Source of the DNA: Acidobacteriota bacterium
GTDB taxonomy: Bacteria > Acidobacteriota > Blastocatellia > RBC074
Assembly: GCA_016789605.1 (NCBI GenBank)
Contig: JAEUQO010000284.1
Location: forward strand, 8,205-72,204
Reading direction: 5' to 3'
Length of the DNA: 64,000 bases
Position numbers and translations under genes: made by a program. Below are positions 36,535 through 46,933 of the stretch, piece by piece. Under the pieces are notes generated by a model, which did not search any database, had not been told where the DNA came from, and was given only the letters and a program-made list of their open reading frames with translations. Numbering within the stretch: position 1 is the stretch's first letter; each line of letters begins with the position of its first letter.

Positions 36535-39417
36535 TTAGTTGCTAAACGAAACCTTGATGCCTGTCTTGGAAGACTTGTCTCCCGCAGCCGTCTTGGTGGT
36601 GACAATGACATCTACGTCCGTTTTGCCAGCCAGCGCCGGGGCCAGTTTGGCGTCAATAATATCTGTGCCAAACGCTGAACCGCCGCTGCCATCTGGCTGA
36701 CCACCGACAAAGGTCTTCGTCAGTTCCGTATCGCCGATCTTCAACACGACGGAAGTCGCGTTACGCCAACCGGTGCCGATAATGCGAATCTGATTCGGTG
36801 CTGCTTCTGTGCCCACCGCGCACGGCGGATCGGAATAGGTAATTGACCCATCCGTATTGACCCGACCGCAACGCGCCAATGCACGGCCATTGCCGTCGCC
36901 CGTGGTGGTAAAGACCCCTGGCGAGCCATCTAACACCTTGACGCGTCCGACGATCAGTTTGCCGTTGTTGTTGATTGCAACCTGTACCAAAGTCGCCGGG
37001 CTGACATCATTGGGCAAAACGAAATTGACCTGTGTCGGCGACACATAATTCACGCGTGCCGGTTTGCCCGCGACGGTGACTTTGACGCCTTTCAGTTCAA
37101 ACGGGAAGCTGTTATCCGTTGCCGTGTCATTGGCCAGGCTTTCGCCTTGCGCAACTGCCAGCGAACCGCGCGCAACTTCTGTCACTTCAAAACTGGCGGC
37201 ATTGGCAATCGTAGTGATCGCCGCCGTAACACCGCCGAACGATACGGTCGTTTTGTTGCTATCAACTGCCGTTGTGGCAGCGATCGAAACCACAATCTCC
37301 TGATCTAACTTATCCGCCAACGCGACCGGCAAATTGACGTTGATCTGATCCAGCCCCAGAAACTCCGGCTGGGCCCCGCTGAAGCTGGGGATCAGCGTTT
37401 GATCGCCAATCTTTACTTGAACGCTGGAGGTATTGCGCCAGCCCGTGCCGTAAATGATCAGCACATTGGCATCGAGCGAGGTGCCAATGGCGCACGGCGG
37501 CGCGCTCGCCAAAAAGTTCAAACCGTCAGCCGAAACAGCACCGCACTGCACGGCGGATTTGCCTTTGCCATCGCCGGTCGTGCTGAACACGCCAGGGGCA
37601 AAATCCGTCAGCTTAACTTTGCCAGTGGATTGCACGCCATTGTTGTTGACGGTGAATTCGACCGCATCCCCCGAGGCGACAATTTGCGGCATGACAAAAT
37701 TGATCTGTTGTGGCGAAACAAAAATCAGCCGCGCGGCAATGCCTGCGACGTTCACTGTCACGCCCGCCAGATCAAACGGCAGATTGTTGGTGGGAGCGCC
37801 GACTGTCGTATTGGCCAATTGCGAACCAAACGCAGCTACGATGGAGCTGCGTGCAACCTGCGTGTTGTCAAAACTTGCGGCATTGGCCAGTTTGACTTCC
37901 GCCGAAGTTTTGCTTGCCACCGGCAGCACACGCGTCTGGAACAGGTCGCGAATCGGAGAGCCATTTGGTCCGATCAGGTTTGCGTCATAGCTGAACGTCA
38001 CCAAATTGCCGCTATTGTCGGCAAAGCTCGAGGTGGTGTTGTCGCGCTGATCAAGTACGAATCCGGACAACCCGGTAAAGGTGAGCTGGCGGAATTTGGC
38101 GCCGGCAATGTCATAACGGAAGACTTCGCGGCTGCCATCGGCATTGTCGGTAGTGACGCTGCTGCCGGAACTGACCGGCGTCAGGTTCAACACGGAACTG
38201 AACGTAATGAAGGTTCCGGCGCCATTCACACTGGGGAAAAACGAGAAGTCGTTTTTGGTGATGTCCACCGTCGTTTGATTGGTGATTTGTTTGAACGTGG
38301 GCGTGGCGCCGCTCAGGTCTGCCAGGAAGATTTCGCGCGTCTTATCGCTGTTTTGCCCGGCAAAATTCGCCGAGGACTCAAACACCAGTTTGGAACCGTC
38401 GGTGCTCAGCGGGCGCGTAAATGCCGCCAACACATTGACCGGGTTGCCTGGTGGAACCACTGGCGCGTCAGCCGTCGCATCCGTTTGCGTAATCTGAGTG
38501 AACGTGTTGGCCGGATCGCCTACCTTGTAGCTGAAAATTTCGCCGTTGAAATCGGCGTTTTTGTTCGCGCTGGTTCCTGCGTAATTGAAGCCCGACAAAA
38601 AGATCAGCTTGCGTCCGTCGCCGCTAAACACCGGGTTGGCATTGAAACCTTTGACGGTGAAATTGTCGGTCGCGTCAACGTCGCGCGAAATCGTCACCTG
38701 GGTATAGCGTTTGTTCTTCGTATCGTAGGTGAACAATTCGCCGTTGCCGTCGGGATCGCTGTTGTTCGGTCCTTCCTTGGCCGCGGAAAACTGTGGCGCG
38801 CCACCGGCAATCGCTTTGAAGGTGCGCCGGGTCGAAGTGAAAGCAACCAATGCGCCATCATCACTAATGCTCAGTCCGTAGTTGCTGAAGATTTCTTTGA
38901 CAACTTCGTTGTCAGAATCTTTGCCCGTATCGGTCAGGCGGGTGATGGTGGCTTTAGTTGCCCCGCGCGGCAGATCCGCCAGATATACTTCGTAGTTACG
39001 ATCTTCGTTGGTTGTGCCGCCCAGGTCCGCGTTGGAAACGAACGCGATCTTGGTGCCGTCGCCGCTCAGCACAGGCGAAACACTGTTGATTAGAAACAGC
39101 GTTTTGGTGGCATCCGCCGGGTCTTTGATGTCCGCCGTATCGGTGATCATGATGATGCTGCGCGTGTCGACATCATAAGCCCAGATTTCGGTGTTGCTGT
39201 CTACGTTGCGGCCGTTGTAATCGTTGATTGATTCGAACACGATCCGCTTGCCGTCAGTGCTGACCCCGCGTACTGACGTGCCAATTACGTTGGGAGGCAC
39301 CGGCAAGAGCACCGTGGAAAGTTCGTCCGTGGTGGTTTGTTGCGCGCGGGAACGGGTGAGAGAGGCAACGATGCCAACGATGGCGAAGATGGATAAAAGC
39401 AGAAAAAATCTTTTCAC
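36535..39417 (-). CDS. large secreted PD40/TolB-like beta-propeller repeat protein with two C-terminal Solibacter-type (TIGR03437-like) domains
   Basis: Signal peptide. Multiple repeats of the WD40-like PD40 type (GTKIAFVSNADLGG..., GRKLIFLSGFNYAG..., DGSKLVFESSANFAG...). Two roughly 200 aa C-terminal repeats contain FVSPxQ(I/V)NFV(L/M)P and GxQPxxxGxDQINVxLP. Confidence 0.8.
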   Translation of the reverse strand: MKRFFLLLSIFAIVGIVASLTRSRAQQTTTDELSTVLLPVPPNVIGTSVRGVSTDGKRIVFESINDYNGRNVDSNTEIWAYDVDTRSIIMITDTADIKDPADATKTLFLINSVSPVLSGDGTKIAFVSNADLGGTTNEDRNYEVYLADLPRGATKATITRLTDTGKDSDNEVVKEIFSNYGLSISDDGALVAFTSTRRTFKAIAGGAPQFSAAKEGPNNSDPDGNGELFTYDTKNKRYTQVTISRDVDATDNFTVKGFNANPVFSGDGRKLIFLSGFNYAGTSANKNADFNGEIFSYKVGDPANTFTQITQTDATADAPVVPPGNPVNVLAAFTRPLSTDGSKLVFESSANFAGQNSDKTREIFLADLSGATPTFKQITNQTTVDITKNDFSFFPSVNGAGTFITFSSVLNLTPVSSGSSVTTDNADGSREVFRYDIAGAKFRQLTFTGLSGFVLDQRDNTTSSFADNSGNLVTFSYDANLIGPNGSPIRDLFQTRVLPVASKTSAEVKLANAASFDNTQVARSSIVAAFGSQLANTTVGAPTNNLPFDLAGVTVNVAGIAARLIFVSPQQINFVMPQIVASGDAVEFTVNNNGVQSTGKVKLTDFAPGVFSTTGDGKGKSAVQCGAVSADGLNFLASAPPCAIGTSLDANVLIIYGTGWRNTSSVQVKIGDQTLIPSFSGAQPEFLGLDQINVNLPVALADKLDQEIVVSIAATTAVDSNKTTVSFGGVTAAITTIANAASFEVTEVARGSLAVAQGESLANDTATDNSFPFELKGVKVTVAGKPARVNYVSPTQVNFVLPNDVSPATLVQVAINNNGKLIVGRVKVLDGSPGVFTTTGDGNGRALARCGRVNTDGSITYSDPPCAVGTEAAPNQIRIIGTGWRNATSVVLKIGDTELTKTFVGGQPDGSGGSAFGTDIIDAKLAPALAGKTDVDVIVTTKTAAGDKSSKTGIKVSFSN

Positions 39418-39650
39418 GCTCGCTAGACTCCTTAGTCAAAACAGTTCGCTGACAGGGCGGCAAACGCCCACAGCTTGAGCATGCGGTCTGCGCTGTTTGT
39501 CAGTAGTGGTAATTGCGGTTGAAATTAAGACGGCGGATTATACAGAGCCGGTCTTTGCTTGTCGAATGTCGGATCGCAGAACGAGGTTTCCAACCTGCTA
39601 CGCCGTAAGAACGACTCCCCGTCCGCAGGCTTGCCCAAGAAATGCTTGTC

Positions 39651-39692
39651 TTGAAAAAAGAAAGCGGGGAGGCATTCTAGATGCTTCCCCGC
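39651..39692 (-). terminator. rho-independent terminator for the small gene 39726-39995
   Basis: 12 bp stem GCGGGGAGGCAT (39664-39675) / ATGCTTCCCCGC (39681-39692) with one G-U pair. The minus strand is followed by TTTCTTTTTTC. Confidence 0.65.
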
Positions 39693-39725
39693 CTTGGTGT
39701 GGCAAAAGTGTCAGCCGGTGTGGCG

Positions 39726-39995
39726 TTATGCGGCTTTAGGGCTGACATACTGTTCATAATGGCGCGCGGGTTGCCAATCACGCGATTCTTCTGGTGTCAC
39801 TGGTTCTGGAAATCGCTCCTCCAGGTTCACCATCTCGACAGCTTCGATGTAAACCCGCTCCATGTTTTCCGGCATAAACCCATTCTTTTGACAGGCTTGC
39901 ACGTGCCGACGCACAATCGCTTCGACCTTCTCCCGTTTTCCTTTGGGCAATTTGGTCACCAGCTTTAGTGTATCGTTCGAAATTTTCATCATCAT
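39726..39995 (-). CDS. small hypothetical protein (89 aa) in an AT-rich island
   Basis: AGGGGGAAG Shine-Dalgarno 6 nt before an ATGATGATG start. It has its own terminator. Basic N-terminal half and acidic C-terminal half. Confidence 0.5.
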   Translation of the reverse strand: MMMKISNDTLKLVTKLPKGKREKVEAIVRRHVQACQKNGFMPENMERVYIEAVEMVNLEERFPEPVTPEESRDWQPARHYEQYVSPKAA

Positions 39996-40417
39996 TGTCG
40001 TCTTCCCCCTTTCCTGCAAAAACATCCGTCCTTATTTGTTTCATCACTAACCCTGATTTGTGTATTGCCTACTTACACCCTCAAGGATTCTCCCAGCAAC
40101 TCCCACTAGTGAGCATTTGCTGTGCCAGTAGGAACGAGGAATATAACGCTTCTTGAGTTCATCTCTGCTCAAAAAATTTTTCAGGCTGGCATTATATTCA
40201 CCTAAGCGTATCTAAGTTCTGGGAACCGAAGAATATACGCTTCTGACAAACGTGTCTGTCAGCGGACACACACGTTTGCTGAAAGAAGTTCAATAAACTT
40301 GACGCGCCAGAAAGCACTAAGGCACACTGGCTATGATTGATACATTCGACATCGTCTTTCGTCTCCCCAACGTTCCCGGAAAAATCCCGACTCACAGACT
40401 GAACACAATCTGAATCT

Positions 40418-40783
40418 ATGCCGAAATTCGAACGCCATATCTTTGTCTGCACAAATCAGCGACCAGCAGAAAATCCGCGCGGGTGTTGCGACGCGGAGGG
40501 GCTAGGCAGTTTGCAACTGTTATTCAAAAAAGAATTAGCGGCTCGTGGCCTGAAAAACGTGGTGCGCGCCAATCGTGCAGGTTGTCTGGATCAATGCGAA
40601 CACGGGCCAACTGTGGTCGTCTATCCAGAAGCCGTCTGGTATGGCAACGTCAAATCAGAAGATGTTTCGGAAATTGTCGAGTCTCACATCATCAATAACA
40701 CCCCGGTGGCACGTTTGCAGTTGGCCGATGAATGTTTGAATACGGCCGTGTGTCCGCATCGTCCCCCGCGCACTACCGAGTAA
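40418..40783 (+). CDS. thioredoxin-like [2Fe-2S] ferredoxin
   Basis: Four Cys in the CxxxxxxxxxxCC...C...C arrangement: CTNQRP...GCC...GCLDQCEHGP. Confidence 0.75.
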   Translation: MPKFERHIFVCTNQRPAENPRGCCDAEGLGSLQLLFKKELAARGLKNVVRANRAGCLDQCEHGPTVVVYPEAVWYGNVKSEDVSEIVESHIINNTPVARLQLADECLNTAVCPHRPPRTTE

Positions 40784-40790
40784 GGCTGTT

Positions 40791-41765
40791 ATGCCTCGAA
40801 ATGTTCCCTTGAAATTGGTGGCCATTGGCGGCGGCACGGGTCTTTCCACGTTGCTGGCTGGGTTGCGTCCCCGGTTAAACGCGCCAGAACCGCAACTCGA
40901 GTTGACCGCCATTGTGACCGTGACCGATGACGGCAAAAGTTCTGGCCGTTTGCGCGAAGAATTTTCAGTCTTGCCGCCGGGCGACATTCGCAATTGCCTG
41001 GTCGCATTAGCGCCGCCAGACAATCCGCTCACCAGTTTGTTTGCCCACCGCTTTCCCGGCCAAGGCGCGCTGGGAGGTCATTCACTAGGCAATTTATTGC
41101 TGCTGGGGCTACTACAGAAAAGCGGCAATTTCGTCACTGCCATTGACCAGGCACGTGCGCTGTTGGGCATTCGTGCCCGTGTGCTGCCCTCCACACTCGA
41201 TCAAGTGGATTTGGTTGCGCGTGTCGGCAGACAAAAAATCCGTGGCCAAGTCGCCATCAAGTCACAAAATTCGCCGATTCAGGAATTGACGCTCGAACCC
41301 GCCAATGCCGCGGCGTTGCCTGCCGCCGTCGAAGCAATCCTCGCTGCCGATCTGATCACGCTCGGCCCCGGTTCGCTTTTTACCAGCGTGATTGCCAACC
41401 TGCTCGTGCCGGGTTTGACTGATGCCCTGAGCCGCACCAAAGCCAAAAAGCTCTATATCTGTAATGTCATGACCGAGCTGGACGAAACCGAAGACCTTTC
41501 CGGCGAAGACCACGTGCGCGAATTGCTGGCTTATGCGCCGGATTTGCGGCTGGATTATGCGCTTTTCAATTCCACGCCGATTTCCGCCGAAATGCGCCAG
41601 CGCTATGCCGCAGAAAAAGCTGAACCGCTTTCGCCGCCAACTGTTACCCCGTCCGATCTTGTTCCGCTGCAATTTATTGCGTTGCCGCTCGCCTCAGAAG
41701 AACGTGCCGTACGCCACGATCCAGAAAGACTTAGCCAGGCAATTTTTGACGTTTACGCGCGTTAA
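40791..41765 (+). CDS. yvcK: gluconeogenesis factor YvcK (UPF0052/CofD-like)
   Basis: LKLVAIGGGTGLSTLL N-terminal motif and a CofD-like length. Confidence 0.85.
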   Translation: MPRNVPLKLVAIGGGTGLSTLLAGLRPRLNAPEPQLELTAIVTVTDDGKSSGRLREEFSVLPPGDIRNCLVALAPPDNPLTSLFAHRFPGQGALGGHSLGNLLLLGLLQKSGNFVTAIDQARALLGIRARVLPSTLDQVDLVARVGRQKIRGQVAIKSQNSPIQELTLEPANAAALPAAVEAILAADLITLGPGSLFTSVIANLLVPGLTDALSRTKAKKLYICNVMTELDETEDLSGEDHVRELLAYAPDLRLDYALFNSTPISAEMRQRYAAEKAEPLSPPTVTPSDLVPLQFIALPLASEERAVRHDPERLSQAIFDVYAR

Positions 41766-41859
41766 AACATGCGTATAATCCCGGCGTCTCCCCGCTAGCC
41801 CCGAGAATCCCAGCATCAGCAATCCACCCGTAAAGAACTCTCGCAAAGGAAACTGTATC

Positions 41860-43242
41860 GTGAATACACCGATCAATGTCTTGATTCTCGCCGCGGGCCT
41901 GGGCACGCGCATGAAAAGCAACCAAGCCAAAGTGTTGCACAAAATCGGCAGCCGTCCGTTGATCGCGCACATCTTGCGCACCGCCGCCGAACTCAACCCG
42001 GAAAATATTTTTGTGGTCGTCGGCCATCAGGCCGAAAAAGTCGAAGAGGCCGCCCGCCGCGCTTTGCCGCCGGATCAGGCCGAAAAGCTGCGCTTTGTGT
42101 TCCAGGCGGAACAGCGCGGCACAGGTCACGCCGTCAAATGCGCCAGCGAAGCGCTCAAACAAGCGCGCGGTTTGCTGGTCGTTTTTTATGGCGATACTCC
42201 TGCCGTGAAATCCGCCACGTTGCGCAAACTCATCGCCGAACACGAAACCAGCAAACACGCCGCGACGCTCATCACCATCAAACTCGATCCGCCGCCCGCG
42301 TATGGACGCATCATTCGCGACGGCGCCGGAAAGTTTCAGCAAATCATCGAACAGCGCGATTGCACGCCCGAACAAGCCGCCATCACCGAAGTCAATCCGG
42401 GGTTTTATTGTTTTGACATCCCTGCCCTGCTGGTCGCGCTGGAAAAACTTTCGCCGCAAAACGCGCAAGGCGAGTATTACCTGACCGATGTGCCGCAACA
42501 CATGCTGGCCGCCGGACTGACCGTTGGCACCGTCTATCACGAAGACGCACACGAACTGGATGGCATCAATAATCGCGCGGAACTCGCCGCCATGTGGAAA
42601 CGAGTCAGGCTGGAAACGCTCAACCGCCTGATGACGGAAGGCGTCAGCATCGTTGATCCCGATTCCACCTACATTGACGCGTCAGTACAAATTGGCCGCG
42701 ACACCATCATCCACCCGCAAGTCATGATCGAAGGCGATTCGGTCATCGGTGACAATTGCGAAATTCACTCCTGGTCTCACCTGACCAATGTCACGCTCGG
42801 CGACGAATGCACTGTGCTCAATTCCTGTGTGCTGATGGATACGAAACTTGCCGGCAAAAATTCCGTTGGGCCGTGTGCGCATTTGCGCATGCACGCCGAA
42901 CTGGCGGAAGAAGCCGTCATCGGTAATTTTGTCGAAGTCAAAAAGTCCAAGCTGGGCCGCAAAACAAAATCCATGCACCTGACGTATCTTGGTGATGCCA
43001 CCATTGGTGAGCGCGTCAACATTGGCGCGGCCACTGTCACCTGCAATTACGACGGCAAGAACAAAAATCCGACGTTCATCGAAGACGACGTGAAAATCGG
43101 TTCTGACACGATGCTGGTGGCGCCAGTCAGAGTTGGGCGCGGTTCGGTCTCAGGAGCCGGTGCGGTCATCACCAACGACGTGCCGCCTGATTCGCTGGTT
43201 GTCGGTATGCCGGCCAAAGTCATCAAAAAGCTCAAGGAATGA
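41860..43242 (+). CDS. glmU: bifunctional UDP-N-acetylglucosamine diphosphorylase / glucosamine-1-phosphate N-acetyltransferase
   Basis: N-terminal NTP-transferase motif [11 protein letters not shown] and C-terminal left-handed beta-helix hexapeptide repeats. Confidence 0.95.
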   Translation: MNTPINVLILAAGLGTRMKSNQAKVLHKIGSRPLIAHILRTAAELNPENIFVVVGHQAEKVEEAARRALPPDQAEKLRFVFQAEQRGTGHAVKCASEALKQARGLLVVFYGDTPAVKSATLRKLIAEHETSKHAATLITIKLDPPPAYGRIIRDGAGKFQQIIEQRDCTPEQAAITEVNPGFYCFDIPALLVALEKLSPQNAQGEYYLTDVPQHMLAAGLTVGTVYHEDAHELDGINNRAELAAMWKRVRLETLNRLMTEGVSIVDPDSTYIDASVQIGRDTIIHPQVMIEGDSVIGDNCEIHSWSHLTNVTLGDECTVLNSCVLMDTKLAGKNSVGPCAHLRMHAELAEEAVIGNFVEVKKSKLGRKTKSMHLTYLGDATIGERVNIGAATVTCNYDGKNKNPTFIEDDVKIGSDTMLVAPVRVGRGSVSGAGAVITNDVPPDSLVVGMPAKVIKKLKE

Positions 43243-43258
43243 GCGAAGGAGAAACACC

Positions 43259-43798
43259 ATGTTTTGTCCCCAATGTGGAGTTCAAGTAGAACAACAAACA
43301 AAGTTTTGCAAATCCTGCGGCCTGAAACTGGCCGATCACGCGCAACTCATTGCGGCGGCGCGCGAAACCGAGCCAGAGCGGCTCAGCCCGGCGGAAGCGA
43401 AACATCAATTACGCTGGCTGAAAGGCAGCAAGGCATTAACATTTGGCGCGTTGTTGACTCCACTGTTGATGATTATTATTGGGATTGCCGCTTCAGAGCG
43501 TGGTCCTGAGCAGGAATTGGCGGCCATGGTTGCCTTCGCGATCAGTTGTCTCTGGCTGGGGCTTAGTGGCCGGGGGATTTATCATTTGCTGCGCAGCGGC
43601 TTTTTCAAAACCTACAAAGAACGGCGAATTCGTGCGGAAGCGGCGCTCCTGGCGCAGCCTGCCACGCAACCACGAGAAGCGTTCTTTCAGCCGCCGACAA
43701 CCAATCGTATTTCCCACCAAGCCGACCCTGTCAGCATTGTCGAGCCAACCACCCGTGAATTGCGCACGGTGACCAGTAATTCGGGAAAGATCCACTAA
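43259..43798 (+). CDS. zinc-ribbon domain membrane protein
   Basis: GAAGGAGAA Shine-Dalgarno. CPQCG...CKSCG zinc ribbon followed by two TM helices. Confidence 0.6.
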   Translation: MFCPQCGVQVEQQTKFCKSCGLKLADHAQLIAAARETEPERLSPAEAKHQLRWLKGSKALTFGALLTPLLMIIIGIAASERGPEQELAAMVAFAISCLWLGLSGRGIYHLLRSGFFKTYKERRIRAEAALLAQPATQPREAFFQPPTTNRISHQADPVSIVEPTTRELRTVTSNSGKIH

Positions 43799-43824
43799 TC
43801 AGCGAGCAAGAGGAAGAATTATCC

Positions 43825-45693
<1,869 letters not shown>

Positions 45694-45754
45694 CAGCTCA
45701 ATTGGTCGTCGGCAACAGGTTCGCTGTCCGGTCAACCTGTCAGCCCAAAAATAA

Positions 45755-45794
45755 GGCAGAAAAAGGGCGCGACTCTTTTTCTGCCTCATTTTTT
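45755..45794 (+). terminator. rho-independent terminator after glmS (shared with the convergent isomerase gene)
   Basis: 11 bp stem GGCAGAAAAAG/CTTTTTCTGCC with a 9 nt loop, followed by TCATTTTTT. Confidence 0.7.
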
Positions 45795-45840
45795 GCCAGC
45801 AGCGCTCTGGCCGATTCCAGCAACGGGTCCGAAGACCGCA

Positions 45841-46689
45841 CTAGAATTCCAGCTTCTTCAGATAATCAATGCTGATTTTCAGGCTGTCGAAAGGCGAACC
45901 GGGCGTTTGGTCTTGCTCGACGATGTAATACTTCACACCGGATTTCTTGCCCTGCGCCAGCAATTCCTTGAAGTTGATGACGCCGCGCCCGACTTCGGTG
46001 AAAAAGGCTTTGGGCGTCGCATCCATATCCTTGACATGAAACGCGACAAACCGGCCCGGATGTTTGCGCAAATACGCCAGCGCGTCCTGTTTGGCTTTGG
46101 CGATCCAATACAAATCCAGTTCGATTTTCACCGTCTTTGCATCGGTGCCAGCCAGCAACACATCGAAGGGCATCTTCCCGTCCATCGTCACAAATTCGAA
46201 ATCGTGGTTGTGATAGCCAAATTCGATCCCGGCTTTGCGGCAGGCTTCGCCCGCTTTGCTGAAAGTCTCGGCATGCCGTTTGTAATCGTCCAGCGACGTG
46301 CGGTCTTTGGCATCCAGATACGGGCACACCAGCAATTTGTGACCGATGACCTTGGCGGCTTCGATGGTTTTTTCGATGTCTTTTTGCACGGTCGCCAGCG
46401 GTACGTGCGCCGACGGCGCGCTCAATCCGTAACGGCCCAGAATCTCTTTGACCTGTTGCGGCGTGCGGTTGTAATACCCCGCGAATTCGACTTCCTGATA
46501 GCCAAGCTCGGCAATTTGTTTCAGCGAGCCTTCAAAATCCTTGGCCATCTGACTGCGCACGGTGTAAAGCTGAACACCGATCTTGCTCAATTTGGCGGCC
46601 TGCGCCACGCGCGCGGACAAGCCAGCTAACGCCAATGCTCCCAACGAACTGCAAGCAGCGTCGCGCAAAAATGTTCTGCGATTGATCAT
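45841..46689 (-). CDS. sugar phosphate isomerase/epimerase (xylose-isomerase-like TIM barrel) with Tat signal
   Basis: GGAGG Shine-Dalgarno then ATG 46689. Tat motif NRRTFLRDAA. AP endonuclease family 2 / TIM-barrel pattern. Confidence 0.8.
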   Translation of the reverse strand: MINRRTFLRDAACSSLGALALAGLSARVAQAAKLSKIGVQLYTVRSQMAKDFEGSLKQIAELGYQEVEFAGYYNRTPQQVKEILGRYGLSAPSAHVPLATVQKDIEKTIEAAKVIGHKLLVCPYLDAKDRTSLDDYKRHAETFSKAGEACRKAGIEFGYHNHDFEFVTMDGKMPFDVLLAGTDAKTVKIELDLYWIAKAKQDALAYLRKHPGRFVAFHVKDMDATPKAFFTEVGRGVINFKELLAQGKKSGVKYYIVEQDQTPGSPFDSLKISIDYLKKLEF

Positions 46690-46933
46690 CGGTCTGCCTC
46701 CGGTTTGGAAATGTTTGGAAATGATGGACTGCGATTGCGCGCGGATCATAACAGATGGCCGGATGGCTTGCGAAAGCGAGAGCACGCGCGCACCAACCTT
46801 TTTGCCCACCTGAAAAATCTTTCACGGAAATTTCAACCGCCACTGAAGATTTCAGTTCTCGCTTCTCGCTACATTCCTGCCCGTGATGACCAACAGTAGC
46901 TTCTGACAAGAACCAACATTAAGGAGTAAGTTT

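Noticed and set aside
37399-39093. 564 aa plus-strand ORF
   Set aside because: Antisense to the giant secreted propeller gene, which has a signal peptide and repeat architecture. The antisense ORF is Arg/Gly-rich.
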